A stretch of 63,413 nt of DNA, filler included, from Basidioascus undulatus (lineage: Eukaryota): assembly GCA_000826855.1 (NCBI GenBank). It is 16 parts of 16 records of this genome, joined end to end, with 100 filler letters (N's around TTAATTAATTAA, not from the genome) between each part and the next. Parts side by side here need not be neighbours in the genome. Positions count along the whole stretch, not along the records: positions 1 to 2,596 come from JTLS01002699.1; positions 2,697 to 25,966 come from JTLS01000270.1; 14 more parts are not named here. The stretch is one strand, 5' to 3'. This document shows positions 1 to 10,807 of this stretch, piece by piece (the first letter of the stretch is position 1; each line of letters opens with the position of its first letter). Made by a program: the position numbers and the translations under genes. The notes below the pieces were generated by a model, which saw only the letters and a list, made by a program, of their open reading frames with translations, was not told where the DNA came from and did not search any database.

Positions 1-34
1 TCCGACCTCTAACCCCCTTCCCCCACCCACCCAG

Positions 35-2596
35 ACGCTCGCAGAAGAGCGCGCGCTGATCCAAAAAGAGTCCGCGGCGATCCGGACCGCGTTTCGGGAG
101 GAGGACTCGTTCGCGCGGCATAACAACATCGCCAAGCTGCTGTACATCCACATGCTCGGCTACCCGGCGCACTTTGGCCAGATCGAGTGCCTCAAGCTCG
201 TCGCGAGCCCGCGCTTCACCGACAAGCGGCTCGGGTACCTCGGCATCATGCTCTTGCTCGATGAGAGCCAGGAGGTGCTCACGCTCGTGACGAATTCGCT
301 GAAGAAGTGAGTGGGTTGAGGGAGTGGAGGGGGAGGAAGGTTGGGGGGAGAGGTGGGATGGAGGATGCTGATACGGGTGGATCACCGCAGCGACATGAAC
401 CATGCAAACATGTACGCCGTCGGCCTCGCGCTCTGCACGTTCGCCAACATCGCGTCCGAGGAGATGTCGCGCGACCTCGCGCACGAGGTCGAGAAGCTCC
501 TCGGCTCGTCCAACACCTACATCCGGAAGAAGGTGCGTCTCGCTTTACCTCCCTCCCCCTTACCATGTCTGCGCGACCCGCTGCAGGAGACTGAACGGTG
601 CCGGGCTGGTGCGACAGGCCGCCCTCTGCGCGATGCGCATCGTCCGCAAAGTGCCGGACCTCATCGAGAACTTTGTTGCGAGCGCAAAGACGCTCCTCTC
701 GGACCGGAACCACGGCGTGCTCCTCTGCGGCGTGACGCTCGTGACGGAGATGTGCTCTGTCGACCCGAGCGTGCTCGCCCAGTTCCGGCAGGTGCGTCTC
801 GTCTCCCAGAGAGAGGAAGCCGGAGGGACTCATACGCGCTGGCCTGGCTGGCACGCAGGTCGTTCCCCTCCTCGTCCGCCACCTTAAGGCGCTCGTCGGG
901 CAGGGGTACAGCCCCGAGCACGACGTCAGCGGCATCACGGACCCGTTCTTGCAGGTCAAGATCCTGCGCCTGCTGCGCCTGCTCGGCAAGGGCGATGCCC
1001 AGGCGTCCGAGACGATGAACGACATCCTTGCTCAGGTGCGTCACCTCTCTTCCGCCCGCAGCGGACTGGAGACTTCGGGGCTGAGATGGGACGCGTGGAA
1101 ATGGGTAATGGGGTAGGTCGCGACTAACACCGAGTCGAGCAAGAACGTCGGAAACTCGATCTTGTACGAGGCGGTTCTGACCATCCTCGAGATTGAGGCG
1201 GACTCGGGACTGCGCGTCATGGCGATCAACATCCTCGGCAAGTTCCTCGGGAACAGGGATAACAACATCCGGTGCGTCTTCCCCTCCCTCACCCTCCCCA
1301 TCCCCTCACCGTCTGACACTTTGGCGGGTTGCCGAACGTAGTTACGTGGCGCTCAACACGCTCAACAAGGTCGTCTCGCTCGACACGCAAGCCGTGCAGC
1401 GCCACCGGAACATCATCCTCGACTGCCTGCGCGACGGCGACGTCTCGATCCGCCGGCGTGCGCTCGAGCTCTCGTACGCGCTCGTCAACGAGGCCAACGT
1501 CCGCGTCCTCACACGCGAGCTCCTCGCCTTCCTCGAGGTCGCCGACAACGAGTTCAAGGCCGGCCTCACCACCCAGCTCAGCGTCGCTGCCGAGCGGTTC
1601 GCACCGAACAAGAGATGGCATATCGATACGATTTTGCGGGTGCTCAAGTTGGTGCGTTCTTATCCTCTGTTAGACTGTGCTATCAGTCGGGGAGGAAAGA
1701 TGTGTTGGCTGAAGTGGAGAGAGGGATCGGGTGCGCAGGCCGGCAACTACGTGCGCGAGGAGGTCCTCTCCGCGTTCATCCGCCTCGTCTGCCACACGCC
1801 CGAGCTCCAGGCGTACACCGTACAGAAGCTCTTCCACGCGCTTAAGGAGGACATCTCGCAGGACTCGCTCACGCTCGCCGGCGTGTGGATCATCGGCGAG
1901 TTCGGCGACGTCCTCCTCGCCGGCGGCAACTACGAGGAGGAGGAGCTCGTGCGCGAGGTGCGTCTTTCCTGCGCAACGAAGACGTGGTCGACCGACTGAC
2001 TGACATAATCCAATTCCGGACCTTCAGGTGAAGGAGACGGACATCCTCGACCTCCTCGACGCGATCCTCGCCTCGCCCTACTCGAACGCGCTCGTCCGCC
2101 AGTTCGTCGTAACAGCGTCCACGAAGCTCTCCACGCGACTGCCCTCCGCAGCGGGTTCTGACTCGCACGCGCGCCTGCGCACGATCATCACGAGCTTTGC
2201 GCAGAGCCCCGAGCTCGAGATCCAGCAGCGCAGCGTCGAGTTCGGGACGCTCCTCGCCAAGACGCACTTGACGGAGGGCGTCCTCGAGCGCATGCCCCCG
2301 CCCGAGATCAAGGCTACTGTGCTTGGGACGGCGAGCGAGAGCAAGCCGGTTGGGTCGACCAGGGCGGCGACGAAGGACGTGAGTCGTTGTCGTTCGCAGT
2401 GGAGATGAGGAGCGAAGGGAACCGACTGACGTGTGTGGTGGGTGGGTGCCGCAGACCTCCTTGGTGGACCTCATAGGCGACGAAGCGTCCCCGACCACCA
2501 CGTCCCCGCAGGCCGGCGTGCCCGCGACCCAAAACACGCACGACCTCCTCGCCGACATCTTCGGCACATCCTCCTCCTTACCTCTCCTCTCCTCCC
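35..2596 (+). CDS. APL4: AP-1 adaptor complex gamma subunit (gamma-adaptin), multi-exon, truncated at both contig ends
   Basis: Spliced translation gives [23 protein letters not shown]...[90 protein letters not shown] and [11 protein letters not shown], all gamma-adaptin trunk motifs. Confidence 0.96.
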
Positions 2597-2696
2597 NNNN
2601 NNNNNNNNNNNNNNNNNNNNNNNNNNNNNNNNNNNNNNNNTTAATTAATTAANNNNNNNNNNNNNNNNNNNNNNNNNNNNNNNNNNNNNNNNNNNN
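2597..2696. other. Artificial contig-joining spacer (N44-TTAATTAATTAA-N44), first of 15
   Basis: Identical 100-nt spacer with stops in all six frames. It also occurs at 25967-26066, 28662-28761, 31357-31456, 34049-34148, 36740-36839, 39430-39529, 42112-42211, 44778-44877, 47443-47542, 50108-50207, 52773-52872, 55435-55534, 58097-58196 and 60758-60857. Confidence 0.99.
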
Positions 2697-2745
2697 TGCT
2701 AGGTGTGTTGTCTCACGACACCAAGTTACGCCGAACTCCGAGTGC

Positions 2746-2781
2746 GTAGCAGTAGCAGTAGCAGTAGCAGTAGCAGTAGCA
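2746..2781. repeat. Hexanucleotide microsatellite (GTAGCA)6
   Basis: Six perfect GTAGCA copies, downstream of the QNS1 stop codon. Confidence 0.95.
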
Positions 2782-2958
2782 GTGCGCGGGGAAACGTCGG
2801 GACCACGCGCAGCTGTCAAGCTTCCAGAAGTACATGGTAAATTAACCTTCACGACACCCACAACCACACAGCTTGCAGACATTGCAAGTTCTCAGGCCTT
2901 TAATCAAAGATTCAATGGTTAAATGCAATTTCAATGTCCCTCGCATTCCCTCAATTAA

Positions 2959-5900
2959 TCATTCCGTCTTCGCCTTGGACGACTCGTGTGCGGCCACCTG
3001 CGATGGCAGGCGCGCCGCCAGCGCGTCAATCTTCGCGAATTGGAAGGGGAAGCGCGAGGGGTAGAGGAAGGGACGGAGGTCGAAGCCTGCGATGAAGCCG
3101 GGCATGAGTGAGCGATCCGCGATGAACGAGGGCAAGAACTAGAGTCCACGAACGGTTGTCGTCGGGGGAGTAGCTCTCCTGCAGATGTGAAGTCGCGTTA
3201 TGGAATGTCAGGAACACAAAGGTGAGGGGAGAGGAGAGAAGTGGAGCAGGGCCTCACAGCGTGGTATGATGGAGTAAGCGTGGTCATCTTGTGGCGGTTG
3301 CGAGCGTATTCGAAGAAGAACAGCTTGACCTTGTCCGCGATCTGTGCCGCCAGAATAGCTGTTAGAAGCATCGCACCGCCGCCGCCTGTTCAGAAGTCAC
3401 GCGCACCTCCGTCGGCGAAAGGCGCGTCTTCCACTCGGAAAGCAGCTTCGTGAACATCGAGTACGGCCCGCACTTGTCGACCTTGCGGAGACGGCCAAAG
3501 ATGGAGAGCTCGTCGTCTGTATCAGGGTTTCGGGTGAGTGGGCCGTTCCGTGCGTGTGATGAGTGAGGTGGATACGTACAGGTCATGCCCATGTCCGCCT
3601 AACAAGCACGCATGTCAGTTGCGCGAGAGACCAGCAGAGACAGCACAGACGCACTTCGTCCGCCTGGACGTAGTCCTGAGTGATCGGCTCGAGCTCAGCC
3701 GTCGGAGTGGCGTTCAAGAAGCTGTAGCAACGATGTCCGTCAGTTCTTGACCGCAACTTGCGGACAGGTACACGCACCTCTCCAAGATGGGCAGGTTGAA
3801 GTTGTGCTGCGCCCAAGCGATGAACCGCTTGAGGTCCGTCTTGCTGATCCCGCCGATGGGGTTGATGTCCGCGCTCGAGCAGTCGTACTTCGTGAGATAG
3901 CCGCGAAGACTGTGCAAGCCAGCGATCATTAGCCATCCCCCCTTTCCGAATCATCCTAGATGCGAAGATAGACCTACCTCTCGTCCACGTTCGCGCTGCC
4001 GAGGACTAGCAGACCGCCGACGCGGCCGCGCACCCACGGCAAGAGCTGGGCGAACATGTACGCGAGGAGCATGCGGAGGCGAGCCTGTGCCCCGAAACCT
4101 CCCGTCAGTTCCATGATGGAGAACGAGTTGGGGAAGTGTGAAAGGGACAGCGCACTTGGATGTTCTGCAGCGCTAAGTTCTCCGCTGTCGAGCCGCCGTG
4201 GATCTTGAACTGCGGCTTGAAGCCGGTGACGAGCGAGAAGAGGTTGCGGATGGCAGAGACGACCGAGTCCATGTTGAGGTCGACGTGATAGCTTATCATA
4301 CACAAGCATCGCTGTCAGCGATTTGCCGGCGACGCCAGACGCTCGACCGCTCGACCGGACGCACCTCCCGATCGCGTCGGACAGGTCCTTCGCGCGCTTG
4401 CGCGTCTCCGCCGACGAGTTCTCCGTGCCCATGTAGCTCGTAAAGAAGACACGGCTCGCAAACTCGCGCGGGTCCGAGGGGATATAACTCGAATCCTCGG
4501 GCTCGCCGGCGATGCGGCGCGCGTCCGCGATGACTTGCTTGTCTGCAACCAGGAAACGTATCAGCGTCCCTGGGGAGAATGCGAGAAGTGAAAGGGGGAA
4601 ACTAGCCTGCGCGCGAGGCGGCTTCGGCGACTAGGCGGCACATGGAGTGCACGATCACGGCCGTTGCGCAGCTGTCGATGCCGCCGCTGAGCGGGAGGAA
4701 GAAGCCCTGGGTGCGCGAGCGGCGGAGGTAGTCCCAAAGCCAGCAAGCCGGTCCGAGCCTGCCCACCCCCCTCATCAGCACATCCTTCTTTTCCAGACTC
4801 GACCAGCAAGCGCAAGACACACGCAATCTCCTCCTCCGGGAGGTGGTACCTGGCCGGCTTGGGCTTGTCCGCGTCCATCATGAGGAACTCCTCGCTGACG
4901 CCCTTGCTGAGAGCGAGCTCGACCTCGATGCGCTGGTAGCGCTGCGCCTGCGCGGCCTGCATGCTCCGGCTGCTGCTCGCGCGGCGGGCGCGCACGTCCT
5001 CGAGGTCGATCACGGCCGTGACGACGTCGACGTCCTGCAGCGAGAACTGCGAGCCCTGTGCGATCACCTCCCCGTTCGCGACGATCATCGCGCACCCGTC
5101 GTAGTACAGCCGGTCGCCGTCGCAGCCTTGCTGGTTTGCGTAGAGGTAGACACCGCCGAGCTGGGGGAGGCGAATTAGCGTGTGCGAGCAGCGGCCGGGA
5201 GGGATGGGGGTTACCTTGAGAGTCGCCTCCTTCATGAGCTCCACGCGGCGGTAGAGCTTGCGCAGCTCGTGATGGCTCCCACTCGAGTTGGTGAAGATCT
5301 CGACGCCGTCCAAGCCCATCTCGATGTGCGGGCTGAGAACTTTCTGCTCAGCGTGCGTACAGACAAGAGAAGAGCGAAAAGCACACCTTGCTGGGGTGAA
5401 CAACTCCTCGCACAGCTCCACGCCGATGCAGGTGTCGAAAGTCGAGATCACAGCGTCGCCGAATGGCACAGTCGTCTGGCGCGTTCCAATGAACCCCGTC
5501 AGCTGGATCCCCACTGCGGCGTCGCAGCGCAGCCACCTACCTGCCCAGTAATGGTCTTGATGATGCGGGGTAAGAAGTGCCCCTCAGTCTCGCGGTGCTT
5601 GCGCCAGGGCGTAAAGTGCCGGAGCTCGCGGTAGTTGCCGTCGTTGGCGAGCCACATCTTGGGGCGGATGAAGATGATCTTGCCGTCGTTGATGACGATG
5701 CGGCAGTTGTAGATGACGTTCTTGTGGACGACAGGCCTGCATGCGGGGGTTGAGATCGATCAGGGTGGGTAGGAGGTGATGGGAAGCTGGGACGCACATG
5801 CCGATGTCGCACATGATGCCCTGCGTCTCCTCCGCCTGCAGCAGGCGGCCGAGGATCTCCCAAGAGTGGAGGACCGTGTCGCCTGGCCCACATTGTTAGA

Positions 5901-6390
5901 TGAGAGGTTAGACTGATCTAAAACTGGGACACTTCACCCTCCAGGAAGTGGTCGAGGCAGCCATAGCCGCTGTGGACGGGTCCGACAGTCAGCATCCTAA
6001 GAGAAAGCGTGTACGAACGCCGAAGCACGCACGTAATCTCCAGTTCAGGACCGACGCGAAGCTTTGCCCCACGCTCCTTCGCGATGCGGATGCTCTCCAA
6101 GATGCGCTGGTAGTTGCCCTGCTCGAGGATAAGCAATGGGAGGGTGAGCACTTGATCTGACGTCAGGAGAGGCGAGGAGGACGAAGGACCTCAAAGTCAA
6201 GTGCCCACTGGTTGAGCGAGCTAAAGGGTGATCGTGAGCGATGATATATGAGCGCTGGTATGGACGAAAGCGCACCAGCTGAAACACACATCCACAGCGG
6301 TAACAGAAATCGGGAGCGTCAGCGTCGAGGAGGCTGGGACGAACGAGCGAATGGAGCCTCCTACGTCGCCAGGGTGATGAGATGGCCCAT
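2959..6390 (-). CDS. QNS1: Glutamine-dependent NAD+ synthetase, many exons
   Basis: N-terminus [91 protein letters not shown]-terminus [13 protein letters not shown]...AKTE*. Confidence 0.97.
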
Positions 6391-6936
6391 CTCTGTCAGT
6401 CTTCTCCAATCCGTACGACCGTAGATCTAATTCGTGAGCTGTGTAGATTCTATGAGATGGAAGAGTGCAGGTTGGCAAGAGGAATCGACGCTGCGACCGA
6501 GATCAGCGGGCGGGCCGGCTCGCCGGGGGCTGTCGGCGATGTAGAATTCAGAGAACGCGTCTTCTGGTCTTGCGCTGCCCCTTCCCTCCGAGGAGTTTGC
6601 CGTCTTCCTTGCTGCTTATCCTCTCGCTCAACCCCTTCTCCGGCGTCCACATCTTCATCTCACCCGCACAATCTGAGCTTCGAGCGGCGTGCGTATACCA
6701 TATGTTCTACAAACCTGGAGATGGGCTGACATTTTTTTCTTCGTGCGAGGGCAGCTCTCGGTTCCTGCTCCACGCGTCTTCGCTCGCCCTTCCCCTTCGG
6801 CACAAACGGCAGCTCGCCCCCACCTCACATCTTCGCACCCAACTCTCGTGCCCCCTTAACCATACTTCCGAATCCCCCGAGATCCTACCTCCCCCTCCTT
6901 TCCGCGACCCGCTCGTCCTCCGCTCCCGTCCCATCA

Positions 6937-7912
6937 ATGTCCTACTTCCCCCCCGCGACGCAGCGCCATTCCCGCTCGCTCTCCACCGCGGGGCCCAAAA
7001 CGCCCTCCGCCGATGGCACGCCCCACCACCACCACCACCATCCCACGACGACCCCGCTCCGGGAGACATGGACGATCTGGGGGCTCCACCGCCCGCCGAG
7101 CTCCAAGATCGTCGACTACGAGAAGGACCTCCAAAAAATCGGGAGCTTCGCCTCGGTGCGTGGGGACTCAGAACTGAAGGAGGAAGGAAGGAGGAAGGAA
7201 GGAGGCTTATGAGTGCGGGCCGAACAGGTCGAGAGCTTCTGGTCCGTGTATACCCACTTGCACCCGCCCTCCGCACTCCCCACCGTGTCCGACTATCACC
7301 TCTTCCGCTCCGGGATCCGACCCGTCTGGGAAGCGCCTGAAAACATCCGCGGAGGGAAGTGGATCATCCGGCTACGGAGTGCGTCGTCCCCTCCCCTCCT
7401 CCCTTCCTCCCCTCCTCGACCGTTTCCTCTCTCACCCCGATGTTCTGACGCTGTGTGTGGGGGGGCGGCGAGCAGAGGGCGTGGCGGATCGGCTGTGGGA
7501 GGACTGCGTGCTGGCGATCATCGGCGACGTGCTGGCGGAGGGGACGACCGAGATCTGCGGGGCGGTGCTCTCCGTCCGGGCGGCGGAGGACATCCTCTCG
7601 GTGTGGATTCGGAGGGAGAGCGATCCGGCGCTCGTGAACAAGATACGGTGCGTGCCGATCTCCTACCTCCTGTCCTCTCCTGTCTTCTCTGTCAGCTTGT
7701 TCTGAACCTTGGCGCTTTGGGAATCGAACAGGGATGAGATCTGCAAAGTGCTCAACCTTCCGCTGTCTTGCGAGATGCAGTTCAAGAGCAATTCTGGTGC
7801 GCACCCTCGCTTTGGGCTCTCGGAAAGGGCTCCACGCTTACACACGTCTCTGCTGGCAGAATCACTCCAAGACAAGACGAGCTTCCGGCAGCCGGCGGAG
7901 CGGGGCGCATGA
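6937..7912 (+). CDS. Cap-binding protein eIF4E, class II (4EHP/eIF4E2-like)
   Basis: LRETWTIW...DYEKDLQKIGSFASVESFWSVYTHL...DYHLFRSGIRPVWEAPENIRGGKWIIRLRKGVADRLWEDCVLAIIGD. Tyr at the Trp56-equivalent position indicates class II. Confidence 0.88.
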
Positions 7913-8093
7913 CCTCTCGGAATGGCTGTAGCTCGCGAGCGTCACTGCATGCCCTGCTGCTTGTTTACAGTGCCTTTCTTCGCCTGTCTTGACTTGCGTG
8001 TGGCTCATTCTAGTCATGCTACCGCACTGGCGGCTTCATCCAGTATCAAGTCCGGTATATATACGTCGTCCCTACAGCTCCACTTCGCAGCAC

Positions 8094-8880
8094 TTAGTCC
8101 GCGTACAGCCCGCCCCGCGACGAGTCCGGGTCGTGCTTCGTCGTCGACGGGATGCCCTTCCCCTCCCGGATGGCCTGCAGCTCGGTTTCCCAGCTCCGCA
8201 AGCGCGCGATGAGCTGCAGAGCATGCCACTGCTGTCAGCCGCTGCGCGCATTGCGTAGATGAGGGATATCGCCCAGTTGAATGGAGCTCACCGCGCCCGA
8301 CTCTCCCCCCTTGGAGCCTTCTTCCGATTCGATGGTGTGGATGCTGGAGCGTCACCAAAGCCACACGTGAGACAATCAGCTAGAAGTAGCGGATAAGGGG
8401 CAAGGAAGAAAGCGACGCACGTATCCGCGAGGGACTGCTGCAGTCCCTCGAGCCGCTTGTTTAACAGCGATGGATCCCCACAAATTACACTTGGATCATC
8501 CGACCTATCCACACTTATCAGCTACACCCCAGCACGTCGACGCTCACAGGAAACACCCACAGCGGCGGCATCGCGCCCGGGGGCGCCGCACCGGTGTCCT
8601 GCGGGCGAGGGACAGGCGGCTCGGTCGGGCGAGCCTCCTGCTCCGCATCCTTGACGGGCGTGCCCGACTGCGGGGGCGCAAAGTGCTGTGCGCGGCCTGA
8701 CTCTGATGGTAGGGAGTGAGTGCTGGGAAGAAGGCTGTAGAGGGGACGAGTGCACGTACCGACGCCGCCGGTGGTGGGCGCTACGCCCGCGGGGTTCTCT
8801 GTGGTCGGCGAGGGGGGGATGTTGTCGTCTCCCGCGATGGGGTTCTCAAATTTTTGGGGAGCGTTGCCGAGGCCGGGCAT
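8094..8880 (-). CDS. Hypothetical Pro-rich protein, multi-exon
   Basis: ATG in CACCATG context (MPGLGNAPQKFENPIAGDD...), several canonical short introns, last exon LIARLRSWETELQAIREGKGIP...RGGLYAD*. Confidence 0.6.
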
Positions 8881-9473
8881 GGTGGTGAGATGGTTAATGG
8901 ATTTGTGTGTGTGTATGAGGATAAGTTGATATGCAGGAGGGCAAGCTGGGAAGGGGATGGTCGAGCGGTGGATCCACGAAACGACGTCATTTTGGAAGCT
9001 CCTTCAGCTCGATTGGAGAGATGGGTTTTCTGTTATCTCTGTCCAATGCCCACATCGTCAAATGTCGTACACGTATGAGAATAATATGAGATAGTATGCA
9101 GCAAGAGCGATTGTCCGGATTGTACTGAGGCCGCACGGCACATCAAGGCAAAATCTTGGGGAAAGAAGGAAGACGTTGGCGGAATCGTGCCGACGGCATC
9201 CACAGTGTATCGACCGTTCCCTCGGACTAACATCTGCCCTTCCCTCCTCCCACTCTTCCAGAGTGCTTTGAAGCACGATAGATTTATGAAAATGAGGCGA
9301 AGCTTGACGGTGCTCGTGAACTTCGGATCGCCTTTGCTCTGTCTGTAAAACTGCGAGCCGACGAGCACGGCCGGGTGACGCGAGGTCTCCACCTCGTCAG
9401 GTGCCTCTCATCATCCGCCTTGCCCTCTCTCCTTTCCTTCACCACCGCCACCATAACCACAACCACAACCTCA

Positions 9474-10697
9474 ATGTCTTTCCCCCCCTCCCTCACCCCC
9501 GAGCTCCACCTCCCCATCTGCACGACCTGCGGGACGCAGTACTCTTCCGCGCGGGACGACTGCCCGATCTGCCTCGACCCGCGGCAGTTCGTGCCCCCCT
9601 CGGGGCAGAAGTGGACGTCCCTGGGAGAGCTGCTGGACCAGGGGATGGGGAGCGATCTCGAGGGGCTGGAGGGCGAGTTTGAGGGTGTGTGGAGGGTCAA
9701 GACTACGGGGGGGAGCGTCGGGATCGGGCAGACTCGTGCGTCCCTTTCTACATAGTCTTCCGCTTGCCCTCTCCAGCGCTCTTATACTCGGTCCACGGAC
9801 TAAATCTATTCCGTACAGCCTATGTTCTAAAGACCCCCGCCGGCCTAATGATCTGGGACACCTGCGCGTTCCTGCACCCCTCCCTCATCCCCGCCCTGCG
9901 CGCGCTGCACCCCAAGATCCTCGGAATCGCGATCAGCCACCCGCACTTCTACTGCTCCTCCCTAACCTGGGCCCGCGCGCTCGATACCAAGCTCTACATT
10001 TGCGCCGCAGACAAGGAGTGGTTCCAGCGACCCGCGGAGGGGCTCGTCGAGTTCTGGGACGGCACGGAGAAGGAGCTAGGGGAGGGGGTGAAGATGGTCA
10101 AGTGCGGAGGTGCGTTTGCACGTTTGCATTTTATGTGAAAGGGGACGAGGAGATGCTTTGAGATGAGATGGAAGGGCGAACGGAGATGGGCTTGGGATGG
10201 TGCAGGACATTTCCCCGGCTCGGCTGTGCTCCTTTGGGAGCGTGAGGACAAGCCCGGCATCGCGCTCTGCTCCGACACGTTCATGATTGCACCAAACAGG
10301 CATACCATTTCGTTTATGTGGTGCGTTAAAGACCTATCATTCTCACCCTAACTACCCCGGGCGCTCACACAACGCCATCCCACCTGTCCAGGTCTGTACC
10401 CAATCTCGTACGCCTCCTTCCTCCTTCCATGCCTCTTCCTGACCGCACTGAACAGCCCCCGCACCGCAGATCCCTCTGCCCCCCGCCGACATCCAGAAAC
10501 TCTGGAACATCATGCGCGCGTACGACTTTGACGCGGCGATGAGTGCGTGGCCAGGGCGGGAGATCCGTCGGGGCGCGAAGACGCGGCTGCTCGAGAGCGC
10601 GAGGGAGTTTGTGCGGATGGAGGGGTGGGCGGAGGGTTCAGTGCAGTTTGAGGAGTACACGCGTAGTCCGGCCGGGTGGAGCGCGAAAGGTGGGTAA
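9474..10697 (+). CDS. Metallo-beta-lactamase-fold hydrolase with N-terminal CxxC...CxxC motif
   Basis: ICTTCGTQY...CPICLDPRQFVP; GIGQT; LMIWDTC; IAISHPHFY; KCGGHFPGSAVLLW; SDT; ISFMWSVPNLIPLPP. Confidence 0.85.
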
Positions 10698-10807
10698 AAG
10701 GACCTTGATGCACTTCGTGAGCCCCCGAGCGCAAATACATAGGACTAGGCGCGAAAACCGGGAAGGTGCAACGCGACACCTGCGGAAATGGTCGAGCCTG
10801 AAGTAGC

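Noticed and set aside
2641..2652. Recurring TTAATTAATTAA motif spaced about 2.6-2.7 kb apart as a repeat array or CRISPR-like element
   Set aside because: It is always flanked by exactly 44 N on each side. It is a synthetic six-frame-stop linker, and the regular spacing reflects length-sorted contigs.
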